Shown here: piece by piece, positions 46,748 through 57,129 of the stretch
Numbering within the stretch: position 1 is the first letter of the stretch
Layout of the letters: each line of letters starts with the position of its first letter
Origin: Candidatus Kapaibacterium sp.
GTDB lineage: Bacteria > Patescibacteriota > Patescibacteriia > UBA9934
Assembly (NCBI GenBank): GCA_044350705.1
Contig: JBILHA010000002.1
Coordinates: forward strand, 178,295 to 242,294
Reading direction: 5' to 3'
DNA: 64,000 nucleotides
Notes under the pieces: generated by a model
Told to the model about the DNA's origin: nothing
Databases searched by the model: none
Seen by the model: only the letters and a program-made list of their open reading frames with translations
Program-made: the position numbers and the translations under genes

Positions 46748-47649
46748 ACAATTCCTGCCTTCTGCAGGTGTAATCGTACAAAGGCGGATATCGATGCCCG
46801 TCGATCCTCTTCATGGAATTTCAGCATATGATCATTAATGATCACATGCGTCCCTTCATTCTGCTTCTTCTTAATACGTTCCGAGAACAGCCTTTGCTGA
46901 ATCCGTTTTGCAAAAGATTCCGGAACCACAAGCGGTACCTTTCGTGTACGCTTTACTTTTACGGTAGATACCATTCGTGTTGGTTGAGCATGTGGGAGCA
47001 CTTGTTGTATCCAGGGGTTTTGTGCAAAAAACTGCTCGACAAGCGCCTGAGATCCGGCAATCCACCGCAAAGAAGCGGCCCAATACGCAAGATACCAGTC
47101 TTCTTCCCCTTCACGCAGCCTTGCAAATGCCAGCACCTCTTTATCCGCAAAAAAACTCAGGCACACCGGATCACGGATCGTTTCTCCCGGACGCATGCCA
47201 AAAAGACGCAAAGGAATTGTGGCAAAGAGACGGGTATTCCAAATTCTTCCCGGCTTTGTCACGATAAAAAAGTCGATATCTCCTTCTTTATGCGTTGCAT
47301 GCCAAGCGAGCGAATTACACACTGCTATCCCCTCCACTCCCGGTAAACGCATGAGCAGCGCTGCAACGCGCGTTGCTTTTCGATGTTTACGCTGTGCATC
47401 AATATACTTTTTTTCTCGCTCTCTTACCCATTCTTCGCATTCCTGCAGGCTTATATAGCCTTGGTAACGATCTGTATGTTTTTGCATCCACAGCGATTCA
47501 TTAATGCACTTTTCTACTTCTTCTGCTGCGTATGTACGATCCGGTGCAAGCAGCCATGCATGCGCCTCTCTGCGTGTCAGCGGAAACCGAAAATATGCGA
47601 AATACGCAAGCGTTCGATACAGAGCCTTTTCTAAAGGATTGGGTGCCAT
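46744..47649 (-). CDS. Hypothetical protein with a nucleotidyltransferase-like motif
   Basis: CNSLA...GDIDFFIV (Pol-beta-like S..DxD). Confidence 0.7.
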   Translation of the reverse strand: MAPNPLEKALYRTLAYFAYFRFPLTRREAHAWLLAPDRTYAAEEVEKCINESLWMQKHTDRYQGYISLQECEEWVREREKKYIDAQRKHRKATRVAALLMRLPGVEGIAVCNSLAWHATHKEGDIDFFIVTKPGRIWNTRLFATIPLRLFGMRPGETIRDPVCLSFFADKEVLAFARLREGEEDWYLAYWAASLRWIAGSQALVEQFFAQNPWIQQVLPHAQPTRMVSTVKVKRTRKVPLVVPESFAKRIQQRLFSERIKKKQNEGTHVIINDHMLKFHEEDRRASISAFVRLHLQKAGIV

Positions 47650-47668
47650 ATCCCTATCCTATCAAGCC

Positions 47669-48673
47669 TTAGGTTTTTCTTCGACCAATCCATCCCGCTC
47701 CTTCTCGGATACCGTGCAATGCGCCTACGGTAATAAAAAGAAAATCTCGCAGACGAATAATCATCGTAAATGCAATTGCCGGTGTTCTCAGACCAAGCGT
47801 TGCAAGCATTGCTGCAGTACTTGCTTCGAGTAACCCCAACCCGCCAGGTACGGGCGCCAGGAGCGCCAATCCCGGAATCGTACTTAATAAAATTGACCCA
47901 GCAAGCGTTAGTGATTCTCCAAACGCTCCCGCAATAAACCATACTTCCACTGCTCTGAACCCTGTCATTACCAATGAGAGGAGAATGACCACGGCGAGCA
48001 CCTTTACCCGCCCTGCAAAGAAATGCGTCATTATCTTTTCAACTCCTAACATCCACTCCGCAAAACGCTGAATGCGCTTATGGCTTTTAAAGAATGGTCG
48101 TTTAAAAAATATATGGAATATATTCCACCCTTTTCCCACTGATACGAAAAAAAGCGTCATGAGCAGCACCAGCATTGCAAGGGCAACGTAGGCCACTATG
48201 CCGAAGGTACCGAGTCCTACTCCGGTCGTCAGGGCGAGCACCATGCCGAATACGACATATAAGAGGAAGGCGGATATCTCAAATGCAAGATCAAGCACCA
48301 CCGAACTCGTCGCGGTTTGTGCAGAGATTCCTTCTGTTGCCAACAATGCTACCCGCACGGGTTCTCCTGCTACTTGTGCACCTGGCGTCAGGTAGCCCGT
48401 AGCAAATCCACTCATGCGGTGAAAGAAGAGTCTCACAAAAGATACCCCTTTCTTCTTTTCCATTTCCTCAAGAATAATCTTCCATCGGAGCGTATACAGT
48501 CCAAAATTCAGGATAGAAATTCCCAAAAAAAGCGCAAACGATCCGAGGCCAAATGATACGAGACTCTCCCAGATAAGTGCGGGTCCTGCTTTTTGCACGA
48601 GGAATACAAAAAGCGCACCACCAATCCCTGTCGCAACAATTCCTATCGCGATATGGCGTGTGCGCTCTTGCAT
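47669..48673 (-). CDS. Lysylphosphatidylglycerol synthase TM / UPF0104 flippase-like protein
   Basis: RW, TPGAQVAGEPVR, PVPGGLGLLEA. Confidence 0.88.
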   Translation of the reverse strand: MQERTRHIAIGIVATGIGGALFVFLVQKAGPALIWESLVSFGLGSFALFLGISILNFGLYTLRWKIILEEMEKKKGVSFVRLFFHRMSGFATGYLTPGAQVAGEPVRVALLATEGISAQTATSSVVLDLAFEISAFLLYVVFGMVLALTTGVGLGTFGIVAYVALAMLVLLMTLFFVSVGKGWNIFHIFFKRPFFKSHKRIQRFAEWMLGVEKIMTHFFAGRVKVLAVVILLSLVMTGFRAVEVWFIAGAFGESLTLAGSILLSTIPGLALLAPVPGGLGLLEASTAAMLATLGLRTPAIAFTMIIRLRDFLFITVGALHGIREGAGWIGRRKT

Positions 48674-48676
48674 AGT

Positions 48677-49429
48677 TTACGTGGTTGCTGGTGAAGAAGA
48701 GGATGAAGCAGTCTTTTTTCCGAGGAATACCTTGTACATCACGTATGTCAAGAACGTACTTACAATGATGTACATCGTTAATCCCGCAGGAATAATGAAT
48801 GATCCCATGATTAACATGAGCAGCGGAAGCATGTACAGCATGCTCCGATTCATCGCTGCGGTCATATCTTCATCAAGAGAGGCTGCACTCTCTCGAGCGG
48901 CCTTTGGAGGACGCGTAGTTACCATTTGTTTTGCCTGTACGTACTGCACCAACCCTGCAATGATACCAAGCAGAGGAGAAACTTCTCGCAGATCCATTCC
49001 TAAGAAGTCTGCGGTCATGGTACCCGGGTTTGATACAAAGCTATACAGCACCTCTGGCCGAATATCGCCGAACCCTGCTGAAAGCACTTGATACAGCGCA
49101 ATAAATACGAACATCTGTACGATTGCGGGAAGACAGGATGCAAAAGGATTGACGTTGTGCGTCTTGTATACCTGCATGAGCTCCTTTGCCATCGCCTCTT
49201 TATCATCTTTCAATCGCTCACGGATCTCCGCAATTTTTGGCTGGATCTCCTGCATCTCTTTTTGCGCCTTGAGTGACTTATAGGTTGCAGGGAGAACGAT
49301 CAATTTCACCAAAATCGTCACAATGATGATCGCAAGTCCTAATCCACCCCACGCGGGGAGGAGATCGTATACCGCGACAAGCAGGTTATACAGCGGCTGA
49401 TAGAGCACCGCGAAAAAAAGGTCTCCCAT
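48677..49429 (-). CDS. yidC: Membrane protein insertase YidC/Oxa1 (short form)
   Basis: GLAIIIVTILVK, IQPKI, NPFASCLP..Q. Confidence 0.94.
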   Translation of the reverse strand: MGDLFFAVLYQPLYNLLVAVYDLLPAWGGLGLAIIIVTILVKLIVLPATYKSLKAQKEMQEIQPKIAEIRERLKDDKEAMAKELMQVYKTHNVNPFASCLPAIVQMFVFIALYQVLSAGFGDIRPEVLYSFVSNPGTMTADFLGMDLREVSPLLGIIAGLVQYVQAKQMVTTRPPKAARESAASLDEDMTAAMNRSMLYMLPLLMLIMGSFIIPAGLTMYIIVSTFLTYVMYKVFLGKKTASSSSSPATT

Positions 49430-49432
49430 ATC

Positions 49433-50701
49433 TTATTCTGCACCTTCCGAGGACTCTTCCTTCTCCTGCACGCTCGGCCTCTCTTCTTGCGGCTCACTTT
49501 CTCCCTGCTCCTCTTCTGCAACTCTTTCTTCATTTCCCCCTCCAAGCGGCGCACCTTCTTCGAGGATATTGATTTTCCAGCCGGTGAGGCGCGCGGCAAG
49601 ACGGACATTCTGCCCTCCTCGTCCAATAGCCAAAGAAAGCTGATCTCCCATGACTCTTACCGTTGCCACATGCTCCTCTTCATCAAGTCCAAGAGAGACG
49701 ATTTTCGCAGGGGCAAGCGCCTGGGTAATAAACTGCTCGGCACTATCGTTCCATTCAATGATGTCGATTTTTTCTCCGGAAAGTTCCGCAATGACCGTCT
49801 GAATACGCGTCCCACGCTGACCAATGCAGGCTCCAATAGGATCAATGCGTGGATCTCGAGAAGATACTGCGATCTTGGTACGAGATCCGGCTTCGCGCGC
49901 TAATGCGCGAATTTCCACCGCTCCTTCTCCAATTTCTGGGATTTCCGTTTCAAATAACTTTTGTACCAACATTTCGTGCGTACGCGAAAGGAGGATTTGC
50001 GCCCCCCGCTGACCAAGAGATACTTCGCGTACATATACCTGTACACGATCTCCTGAACGATACCGATCCGTAGGCATCTGATCTTCAGGACGCAAAATTC
50101 CTGCGGTACGACCAATGTCTACCAAAATGACTCGACCCTCGCGACGCTGCACCGTACCGGTAATCACGGTTCCTTCAATGCCCTTGTATTCATTGAAGAT
50201 GATTTCCCGCTCCGCTTCGCGCAACTTCTGCATAATCACCTGCTTTGCCGTCATTGCCGCCATGCGTCCGAATTCTCCCGGAAGAGGAAGTTCTCGGCGG
50301 AGTGTTTCTCCCACCTGCGCACTCATTTTTAATACGCGAGCATCAGAAATCATGATGTCGGTCTTCGGGTTAAACACGGGGCCGCTTTCTGCGGGAAGAT
50401 CTTCGGCGATCACCTCGCCCGCAACACGACGCGCTTCACGAAGCGCGGTTGCTTCTGCCTCTTTTTGACGAATCTCTTCCAATTCTTCTGGAGAAATATC
50501 TTCTACGATCGTCTTTACATCAAAAATGCGGACATTTCCCGTTTCTGGATCGAATTCCGCTTCAAGATTGTGATATTTATCACCAAAGTCTTTGCGATAC
50601 GCCGCGGCAAGTGCTGACTCAATAGTGGCAAGCACTGACTCATAAGCCAAACCTTTTTCTTCACAAATTTGGCGCATGGCCTGCTCAATAGGAGATGACA
50701 T
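49433..50701 (-). CDS. nusA: Transcription factor NusA
   Basis: FGRMAAMTAKQ, S1 and KH domains, AREAGSRTK, AIGRGGQNVRLA. Confidence 0.97.
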   Translation of the reverse strand: MSSPIEQAMRQICEEKGLAYESVLATIESALAAAYRKDFGDKYHNLEAEFDPETGNVRIFDVKTIVEDISPEELEEIRQKEAEATALREARRVAGEVIAEDLPAESGPVFNPKTDIMISDARVLKMSAQVGETLRRELPLPGEFGRMAAMTAKQVIMQKLREAEREIIFNEYKGIEGTVITGTVQRREGRVILVDIGRTAGILRPEDQMPTDRYRSGDRVQVYVREVSLGQRGAQILLSRTHEMLVQKLFETEIPEIGEGAVEIRALAREAGSRTKIAVSSRDPRIDPIGACIGQRGTRIQTVIAELSGEKIDIIEWNDSAEQFITQALAPAKIVSLGLDEEEHVATVRVMGDQLSLAIGRGGQNVRLAARLTGWKINILEEGAPLGGGNEERVAEEEQGESEPQEERPSVQEKEESSEGAE

Positions 50702-50789
50702 AAAACGATAGATTCCATTCAATAGAACGACCCGGCGGTCAGCCAGGTCGGATACTATGAGCATACTGCATCTCCCTTAAACAGGCAAG

Positions 50790-51152
50790 CTATCCTACCG
50801 CAGGAAAGTGTCGAAGAAAAATGGGCTTTTGCGGGAACATATCCAGCGCAACTACATCAATGCGGTAGCGCACTTTTGCCAACCTGAGCCCTCCAATGTA
50901 CACCTGGAGCGCGCGGGTTATTTTCTTTATTTTATGAGCCGTTACCGCCTCTTCCGGCAAACCATATTTGTGCGATCTCCGCGCCTTTACTTCTACAAAT
51001 ATCCACGTCCCTTCCGGGTCTCTCGCGATCACATCAATCTCCCCCATACGCGTTCTAAATTGTCGTGCCAGAATTTCCCATCCCAGTCGCTGGAGATACT
51101 GCACGACATATTCTTCCGCCCAGGTTCCTTGTAGTTGCTTTGTACTTGGCAT
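50790..51152 (-). CDS. YraN (UPF0102) family nuclease
   Basis: G..AE, GEIDVIA, FVEVKAR, RIDVV. Confidence 0.93.
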   Translation of the reverse strand: MPSTKQLQGTWAEEYVVQYLQRLGWEILARQFRTRMGEIDVIARDPEGTWIFVEVKARRSHKYGLPEEAVTAHKIKKITRALQVYIGGLRLAKVRYRIDVVALDMFPQKPIFLRHFPAVG

Positions 51153-51210
51153 AAAAGAAAAAACTCACCTGTTGGGGAGTTTTTTCAGGACATGTTTTCA
51201 GTCTAGCACA

Positions 51211-51630
51211 CTATCGCGCACGGCGTGGGAGATACTTATTTTGCACTGTGGAAAGCGTGCGACGGAGACGCTCTTCAGGCATTTCCTTCTTCCAGTGGAT
51301 AAAGAGTTTTCGAGCAGAGATCGCCATTCCGATGGCAATGACGATAAACCAAAAACGAGAACCAAAGAAAGAAATTTCCTCAAATGAGAAAAAGAGCCAG
51401 AAAAATCCGATCACGCCCCACGTCGTTGCCTTTCCTGCGAAATTCTGCAGAAAATGCTTCATAGGCTTGTCTACCTCTGCGTTGCGCTTTGCAATTCTCG
51501 CCGCCGATGCAGCGATCACGAGGGATGCGAAGAGTACAAAAAAGGCGATGGTGAAACCGCTTCCCATGCGTACCGGCGTCATGTCAAACCAAAACGAGAG
51601 GTCGAAAATATTCAGCATAGATTGCTGCAT
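51211..51630 (-). CDS. Hypothetical membrane protein
   Basis: 3 TM segments, C-terminal KYLP. Confidence 0.8.
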   Translation of the reverse strand: MQQSMLNIFDLSFWFDMTPVRMGSGFTIAFFVLFASLVIAASAARIAKRNAEVDKPMKHFLQNFAGKATTWGVIGFFWLFFSFEEISFFGSRFWFIVIAIGMAISARKLFIHWKKEMPEERLRRTLSTVQNKYLPRRAR

Positions 51631-51654
51631 GGTAGCTGAATAGGGGTCGAATCG

Positions 51655-52197
51655 TCAAAACTGCTGATAGACACGGACCCAATGCCAAGGCGTTACCTCT
51701 ACCCGCTCTATTGCGCGCAGTCCAATATGCGCGAGTACTACATCTAACCGCTTTGGGTCTATCCGAAAATCCCACCGGGGAGCAAGCGCATGCCTTCCTT
51801 CAGGCATCCAGTCCACGACAATAATCTTCCCCTTTTTTCCTAAACTCTTTGCCAGCCGGGAAAACACCCCTGCATGACGCTTAAACATCCAGGTGGTATT
51901 TACGACAAACACTGCATCAATATCAGAGACTGGCAGGTCATGCTCTCCCTCCACATCCATCCACAAAAAATCTACTTGATGCACGAGATATTGACGACGT
52001 AATCCTTCAAGCATTTCCAGCGTGTCACGAGAAACATCTATCCCTATCACCCTCCCCTTTCCTCCCACGCGCTGCGCGGCAGGGAAAAGAATGTGTCCCG
52101 TTCTTCCCGGTCCCACATCAAGCACGGCATGCCCTTCTTCAAGCTGCGCGATATCAAGCAATGTTTCCGCTGAGAGAAGCGCTGAGCCAGCACGCAT
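51655..52197 (-). CDS. Class I SAM-dependent methyltransferase
   Basis: VLDVGPGRTG, GRVIGID, IIVVDW. Confidence 0.85.
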   Translation of the reverse strand: MRAGSALLSAETLLDIAQLEEGHAVLDVGPGRTGHILFPAAQRVGGKGRVIGIDVSRDTLEMLEGLRRQYLVHQVDFLWMDVEGEHDLPVSDIDAVFVVNTTWMFKRHAGVFSRLAKSLGKKGKIIVVDWMPEGRHALAPRWDFRIDPKRLDVVLAHIGLRAIERVEVTPWHWVRVYQQF

Positions 52198-52200
52198 AGC

Positions 52201-52446
52201 TTAAAACGCAAAAAGTGAACGAATAAAACCTCCCACGATAATCTCAAATGAGTTTGTCATGACCATGACGCCCACGATGATAATTGCCGTTCCGAGCAGT
52301 TTATAAAACAACCGCGTTCCTCCCCCTCCCAAGGTACGGTCCGCCCAAGGCACTGATCCGAGGAGCCCATAGAAAAAATCCGTTTTCCACACCATGAAAA
52401 ACCCTGCCACTCCAATTGCGAGTCCGATAAGAATACGTGCGAGCAT
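52201..52446 (-). CDS. Small 2-TM membrane protein
   Basis: MLARILIGLAIG...GGGGTRLFYKLLG; TATACT upstream. Confidence 0.8.
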   Translation of the reverse strand: MLARILIGLAIGVAGFFMVWKTDFFYGLLGSVPWADRTLGGGGTRLFYKLLGTAIIIVGVMVMTNSFEIIVGGFIRSLFAF

Positions 52447-52504
52447 AGATACTTGCAGTATATAACAAAACCCCTCTTCATATGAAAAAGAAGAGGGGTG
52501 CTGT

Positions 52505-52580
52505 TGGTGGACCTTAGCGGGCTCGAACCGCTGACCTCTTCCATGCCATGGAAGCGCTCTACCAGCTGAGCTAAAGGCCC
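52505..52580 (-). tRNA. tRNA-Ala(GGC), CCA encoded
   Basis: G3:U70 pair, anticodon loop ATGGCAT. Confidence 0.97.
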
Positions 52581-52685
52581 TGAAGTGAGCACAAGTAAAC
52601 ACGCCTCAAATGAAATCGTCAACGATTTTGTATACAAAAAACCCCACTTCGCTCTTCCTATCGTCGGAGCTATGGTGGGGATTTT

Positions 52686-52762
52686 TGGTGGACGCTGGGG
52701 GATTCGAACCCGCGACCCTCTCGGTGTAAACGAGATGCTCTAACCAGCTGAGCTAAGCGTCC
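52686..52762 (-). tRNA. tRNA-Val(TAC), CCA encoded
   Basis: TCTCG-TTTACAC-CGAGA, GGTTCGAATCC. Confidence 0.96.
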
Positions 52763-52856
52763 GCACATGTGGGTATCTCAGGAACGAGAAATAGGATACA
52801 TCACCTTTTTGGTCTTGCCAAGTGTTTTGTCCTTTAGTATCCTACTACCGCCTTAA

Positions 52857-52943
52857 GCGGACGTGGCGGAATTGGTATACGCGCTAGCTTGAGGGGCTAG
52901 TGCCAGCAATGGCTTGAGAGTTCGAGTCTCTCCGTCCGCACCA
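52857..52943 (+). tRNA. tRNA-Leu(GAG), CCA encoded
   Basis: CTAGC-TTGAGGG-GCTAG, long variable arm. Confidence 0.97.
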
Positions 52944-53011
52944 AGAACATCCTTCCTATGTGGAGGGATGTTGTTGTTTTTGCCCTCATTTTCCAGTACC
53001 CTTTCTTTACT

Positions 53012-53692
53012 ATGTCTTTAGGATTTTCCCGCGGTTTCCGCTTTGGTTTGTACGGCCTTGCCGTGTTTATTCTTGCGGCAAGCATGTATGCGCTTGCGAA
53101 GCCAAGCCTCAGTGGCGGCATTCCTGCGGTTTCAGAGGCCGACCATGTAAAAGGCACCTCTGAAGCGTCTGTTACGCTCGTAGAATATTCCGACTTTCAA
53201 TGTCCTGCGTGTAAGGCATTCCAACCTGTTCTTGAAGATGTGCTCGCGACGTATGGCGATCAAGTACGCCTTGTCTACCGCCACTTTCCTCTTTACACCA
53301 TCCATCCAAATGCCGAAGCTGCAGCCATTGCATCCGAGGCTGCTGCAAACCAAGGAAAGTTTTGGGAAATGCATGACCTGCTCTTTGACCGCCAGGCAGA
53401 CTGGGAAACCCTTCCCAATCCCCAAGATCTTTTCGTTGCGTATGCAGAACTTCTTGGTCTCAACACCGAGCAGTTTCGAGCAGATCTTACCAACGGCGCC
53501 ACAAGAGATCGGGTGCGTCTTGATGTAAATTCGGGAAATGCGGCAAATATTTCCGCCACCCCTACCCTCTATCTTAACGGCACTGCCCTCACCTTCCCTC
53601 GCACCGAAAGCCCGCTGACGTATCTTAAGACGCAAATCGACGCTCTTCTCGCAAACCAACCCCAAGCTTCCTCAGAAGCTCCTACCGAATAA
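53012..53692 (+). CDS. DsbA family thiol-disulfide oxidoreductase
   Basis: EYSDFQCPAC, RHFPL, cis-Pro motif ATPT; N-terminal TM. Confidence 0.93.
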   Translation: MSLGFSRGFRFGLYGLAVFILAASMYALAKPSLSGGIPAVSEADHVKGTSEASVTLVEYSDFQCPACKAFQPVLEDVLATYGDQVRLVYRHFPLYTIHPNAEAAAIASEAAANQGKFWEMHDLLFDRQADWETLPNPQDLFVAYAELLGLNTEQFRADLTNGATRDRVRLDVNSGNAANISATPTLYLNGTALTFPRTESPLTYLKTQIDALLANQPQASSEAPTE

Positions 53693-53701
53693 TTACGACG
53701 T

Positions 53702-54172
53702 ATGTCTTTGCCAAAATGGGCGCCGCTCATTCCCATCGTCGCGTTCATCGGCCTCGCCGATGCGCTTTACCTTACCCTCAATCACTACTTCGGCGTCCCT
53801 TTGGCATGCGGTCCTCTTTCGGGATGCGATACGGTCACCTCGAGCGTCTATTCAATCGTTCTCGGCATTCCCGTCGCACTCTTTGGCGTCCTTTACTATC
53901 TCGCCATGTTCTTCGGCATGCTCTTTGCTCTTGAATATCAGTCGGCCATTTATTTTAGACTCTTCTGCCTGTTCTCTCTTGCTGGACTCATTGCGTCTGG
54001 ATGGTTTGTCTTTGTCATGGCCGTTCTTCTCCAAGCCTGGTGCACCTACTGTCTCGTTTCCGCGTTTACTTCTACGCTCCTTTTCCTCTTGAGTATGTTT
54101 GCACTTTCCACCCTGAAACGTACCCCGCCCCCCTCTGTTTCTTCCGAGGAACCGAAAGGCTCTCAGGTATAA
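53702..54172 (+). CDS. Vitamin K epoxide reductase (VKOR) family protein
   Basis: C..LSGCDTVTSS, GIPVA, WCTYC. Confidence 0.93.
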   Translation: MSLPKWAPLIPIVAFIGLADALYLTLNHYFGVPLACGPLSGCDTVTSSVYSIVLGIPVALFGVLYYLAMFFGMLFALEYQSAIYFRLFCLFSLAGLIASGWFVFVMAVLLQAWCTYCLVSAFTSTLLFLLSMFALSTLKRTPPPSVSSEEPKGSQV

Positions 54173-54207
54173 ATAAAAACAGATGGATGTTATCCATCTG
54201 TTTTTAT

Positions 54208-54951
54208 TTATACGACAAATTTTCTCTCTCTTCCCGTGATTACCCGCAATCTTCCTGGAAGCGTTTTGAAGGAAAACTCTTGTGCGGTTATTTTCGTTCC
54301 GTCCGCTTGCAGCGTTACCTGTTTTGGCGCGTACACTCGCATGTTTGCCACGTGTACCTTTCCTATGTCCTGCTTCTTTCCAAATAAAGACAGTCGCGCG
54401 ATCCGGGTTACGAGCGTGATCTTTCCATCGGTAGGACTTACCACTCCAATATCCGGCTGTTCTGCGGAGAGATTCACGAAGCAGAACTGTGTCCTTCGCT
54501 TTACTGAAAGCGTATACCGATCTTCGCACGAAACGACGCACCCTGTCCCGTCCATAATCGCCTCGTGCAAAAACTTTCTTCCATTTACTTCCCCGATATC
54601 CAGATCTTCAACCAGGCGTGCGGAGAGGATATCGCACGCAGCAGCGCCTTGCGGTACACCTAAAAGCTCTGCAAAGGGATTATCAGGAGTGATCGGGATA
54701 TACCCAACTACCGTCCTTGTTTCTTCGACGGCATTTAACACTTTCTCTAGGGTCGCATCATTTCCTACCGCTACGATTGTTTTTACTCCTTTACGGATTT
54801 CCTGGTGAAGCACTTGCTGTGCATCACGAAAAAAAGCAAGCCGGATGACATTTCCGGTTATTCCCAGGTCGGTCAGACGCGTTTCTATGAGACTAATGTC
54901 CCGTTCGTACCGCCGGTCCTGCAGAAAATCGTCGTACACGTAGACGTACAT
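54208..54951 (-). CDS. Diacylglycerol/NAD kinase-like family protein
   Basis: IVAVGNDAT (variant of GGDGT), GYIP, N..A..LG, LDIGEVNGR. Confidence 0.78.
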   Translation of the reverse strand: MYVYVYDDFLQDRRYERDISLIETRLTDLGITGNVIRLAFFRDAQQVLHQEIRKGVKTIVAVGNDATLEKVLNAVEETRTVVGYIPITPDNPFAELLGVPQGAAACDILSARLVEDLDIGEVNGRKFLHEAIMDGTGCVVSCEDRYTLSVKRRTQFCFVNLSAEQPDIGVVSPTDGKITLVTRIARLSLFGKKQDIGKVHVANMRVYAPKQVTLQADGTKITAQEFSFKTLPGRLRVITGRERKFVV

Positions 54952-54977
54952 AGGGAAGCGCATTCTCCTTCCCCGCT

Positions 54978-55367
54978 TTACTCTTCTGTCTCAACCGCTC
55001 TCTTGCCTTTCTTTCCTCCCGTGGCAAGTTGCGCCACTTCTTCTCCCATGCGAACGGTACCGTTTACTTGCGCACCTGCACCCACGGAGAGCACATCCAC
55101 CGCCAAATCTCCCGTGAATTTTGACGTTGGCATGAGTTCAAGCTTTCCAAGAATATGCATCGTTCCTCGCACTTCTCCAGATACAATGGCGTTCTGCGCA
55201 CGAATATCCGCCTCTACCTTTGCCGCATCTCCAATACGCAAATCTCCTGCCGTGGTAATCGTTCCCCGTACTTCACCCTCAATAACGATATCTCCTTCTG
55301 CAATGAATTCACCTTCAATGCGGACCCCTTGTGCAATAATTGTTTCGTTGTAGTTATTTTTTGCCAT
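54978..55367 (-). CDS. Bactofilin (polymer-forming cytoskeletal protein)
   Basis: TIIAQGVRIEG beta-helix repeats. Confidence 0.92.
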   Translation of the reverse strand: MAKNNYNETIIAQGVRIEGEFIAEGDIVIEGEVRGTITTAGDLRIGDAAKVEADIRAQNAIVSGEVRGTMHILGKLELMPTSKFTGDLAVDVLSVGAGAQVNGTVRMGEEVAQLATGGKKGKRAVETEE

Positions 55368-55385
55368 AGGAATGAATAGAGTGTG

Positions 55386-57089
55386 TTACATTTCTTCGAT
55401 TGCCGCAATGCCAAGTAATCCTAGTGCATTGGTAAGCGTTTGACGGATCGCTCCGCAAAGCGCAAGACGTTCAGTGGTTCCTTCATGGTCATCGTCAGCC
55501 AATACCCGAACCGACTCATAGTACCGCGCGTAGGTTTGCGCCAGTTCAAAGGCATATTGCGCAATCACTGAAGGCTTCAGATGCAGCCCCGCTTGCAAAA
55601 CCACTTCAGGATATTTCGCAATTTTTCCTACCAGCTCACGTTCGAGAGGGTGCTTGAGATGAGTTATGGTCTTTGCAGGTTTTACAAATGCCTTTCGCAA
55701 AATACTTGAGATACGCGCAATGGTGTACATCACGTAGGGACCCGTGAATCCTTCTGTTGCCATTGCGTCATCCATGGAAAAGGTGATGACCTTGTCTGGA
55801 TCTTGCTTGAGCATGCCAAATTTAATCGATGCAAAAAGGAGAGCTCGTGCCGTTTTTTGCACTTGCTTTTCTTTCCAGTCCGCATGCCTGCTCCGGATTG
55901 CCTCTTCGAGCTTCTCGAGCATTGCATCCCGAATATCACTCCACCGCACAATGTTTCCCTTTCGAGAGCTCATTGCTCCCTCGGGAAGCGTGACGAACTC
56001 ATAAGGCAAGTGCACGATTTCTCGAGAGAAGTCCATGCGCTTGAGTGTTGCAATGAGTTGTTTAAATGCTAACGATTGTCGTACGTCTACAACAATAATG
56101 AGGCGGTCAGCATGGTAGTTTTCTTCTTTTTTATAAGCGAGTGCGAGATCTTTCGCGTTGTAGAGGAGGGTGCCATCGGTTTTTCTGAGAAGATTTACCC
56201 CCAATCCCTCTTTCTCCAAGTCGACAATCGCCGCTCCTTCTGACATCTTTGCGATACCACTGGTCAGCAGCTTCTTCACGATGTTGTGCGTTTCATCAAT
56301 GAGCTCGTGCTCAACATAGGTGTGTGCGAGCTCTAATCCAAACTCTGCATATACCTCTCGAAGATTATCCATGGACCACTTCTGCGTCTTCTTCCAAAGA
56401 GGCACATGGGCGCCCTCCATATTCTCCAACTGACGCTGTATTTCTGAAACTTCTGCACGCTTTGATTCGTCAGCTTCAAGTGCTGCAGTTGCCTCAGTAT
56501 ATACACGGCCTAAAAAGTTCAGATAATCTCCTTCTGGCTGCACGTCGGGATAAAGCGTCGTCATTCCCCACAAACAGCGTGCGACGTTATTTCCGAGATC
56601 ATTAATGTAGGCCACGGGAATGACTTCATATCCATTTGCCCGCATGATTTCTACGGTAGCCTGACCCAATGCCAGGTTCCGCAAGTGCCCTACGTGGACC
56701 TCCTTGTGCGTATTCAGGTTTGCGTATTCCACCATGACCTTTCTTCCCTTCCCCGTTCCTCCTTTTCCGTACCGACTCTTCTGGGAGAGCACGTCGCGCA
56801 CCGTTGCCGCCCCAAAAGCATCTGCATTGAATACAAAGTTTACATAGGGTCCCACGGCATGAATGCGTGCAATAAGTTCTGAAGGGCCCATTTTCGCCGC
56901 CAGTTCTGTCGCGATTTCTACCGGGTTTCTTCCCATGCCCTTTGCAAGCTGAAAGCACGGAAAACTCAAGTCTCCATACTCAGGCTTTGGAGGCTCTGCG
57001 AGCATGTCGGCGGTTACGGTAAACCCTTTGCCGATGTGTTTCTTGAGACTCGTAAGAGCTTCTTTTTTTGCTTGTTGAAGTGCGTACAT
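55386..57089 (-). CDS. argS: Arginine--tRNA ligase
   Basis: GDLSFPCF, HVGH, MSSRKG, FTGPY, DALR-like C-terminus. Confidence 0.96.
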   Translation of the reverse strand: MYALQQAKKEALTSLKKHIGKGFTVTADMLAEPPKPEYGDLSFPCFQLAKGMGRNPVEIATELAAKMGPSELIARIHAVGPYVNFVFNADAFGAATVRDVLSQKSRYGKGGTGKGRKVMVEYANLNTHKEVHVGHLRNLALGQATVEIMRANGYEVIPVAYINDLGNNVARCLWGMTTLYPDVQPEGDYLNFLGRVYTEATAALEADESKRAEVSEIQRQLENMEGAHVPLWKKTQKWSMDNLREVYAEFGLELAHTYVEHELIDETHNIVKKLLTSGIAKMSEGAAIVDLEKEGLGVNLLRKTDGTLLYNAKDLALAYKKEENYHADRLIIVVDVRQSLAFKQLIATLKRMDFSREIVHLPYEFVTLPEGAMSSRKGNIVRWSDIRDAMLEKLEEAIRSRHADWKEKQVQKTARALLFASIKFGMLKQDPDKVITFSMDDAMATEGFTGPYVMYTIARISSILRKAFVKPAKTITHLKHPLERELVGKIAKYPEVVLQAGLHLKPSVIAQYAFELAQTYARYYESVRVLADDDHEGTTERLALCGAIRQTLTNALGLLGIAAIEEM

Positions 57090-57091
57090 AG

Positions 57092-57118
57092 GGGGAGTGA
57101 GGGGAGTATGGGGAGTGA
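57092..57118. repeat. 3 x 9-bp tandem repeat between tyrS and argS
   Basis: ggggagtga ggggagtat ggggagtga. Confidence 0.8.
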
Positions 57119-57129
57119 GGTGCACTGCC

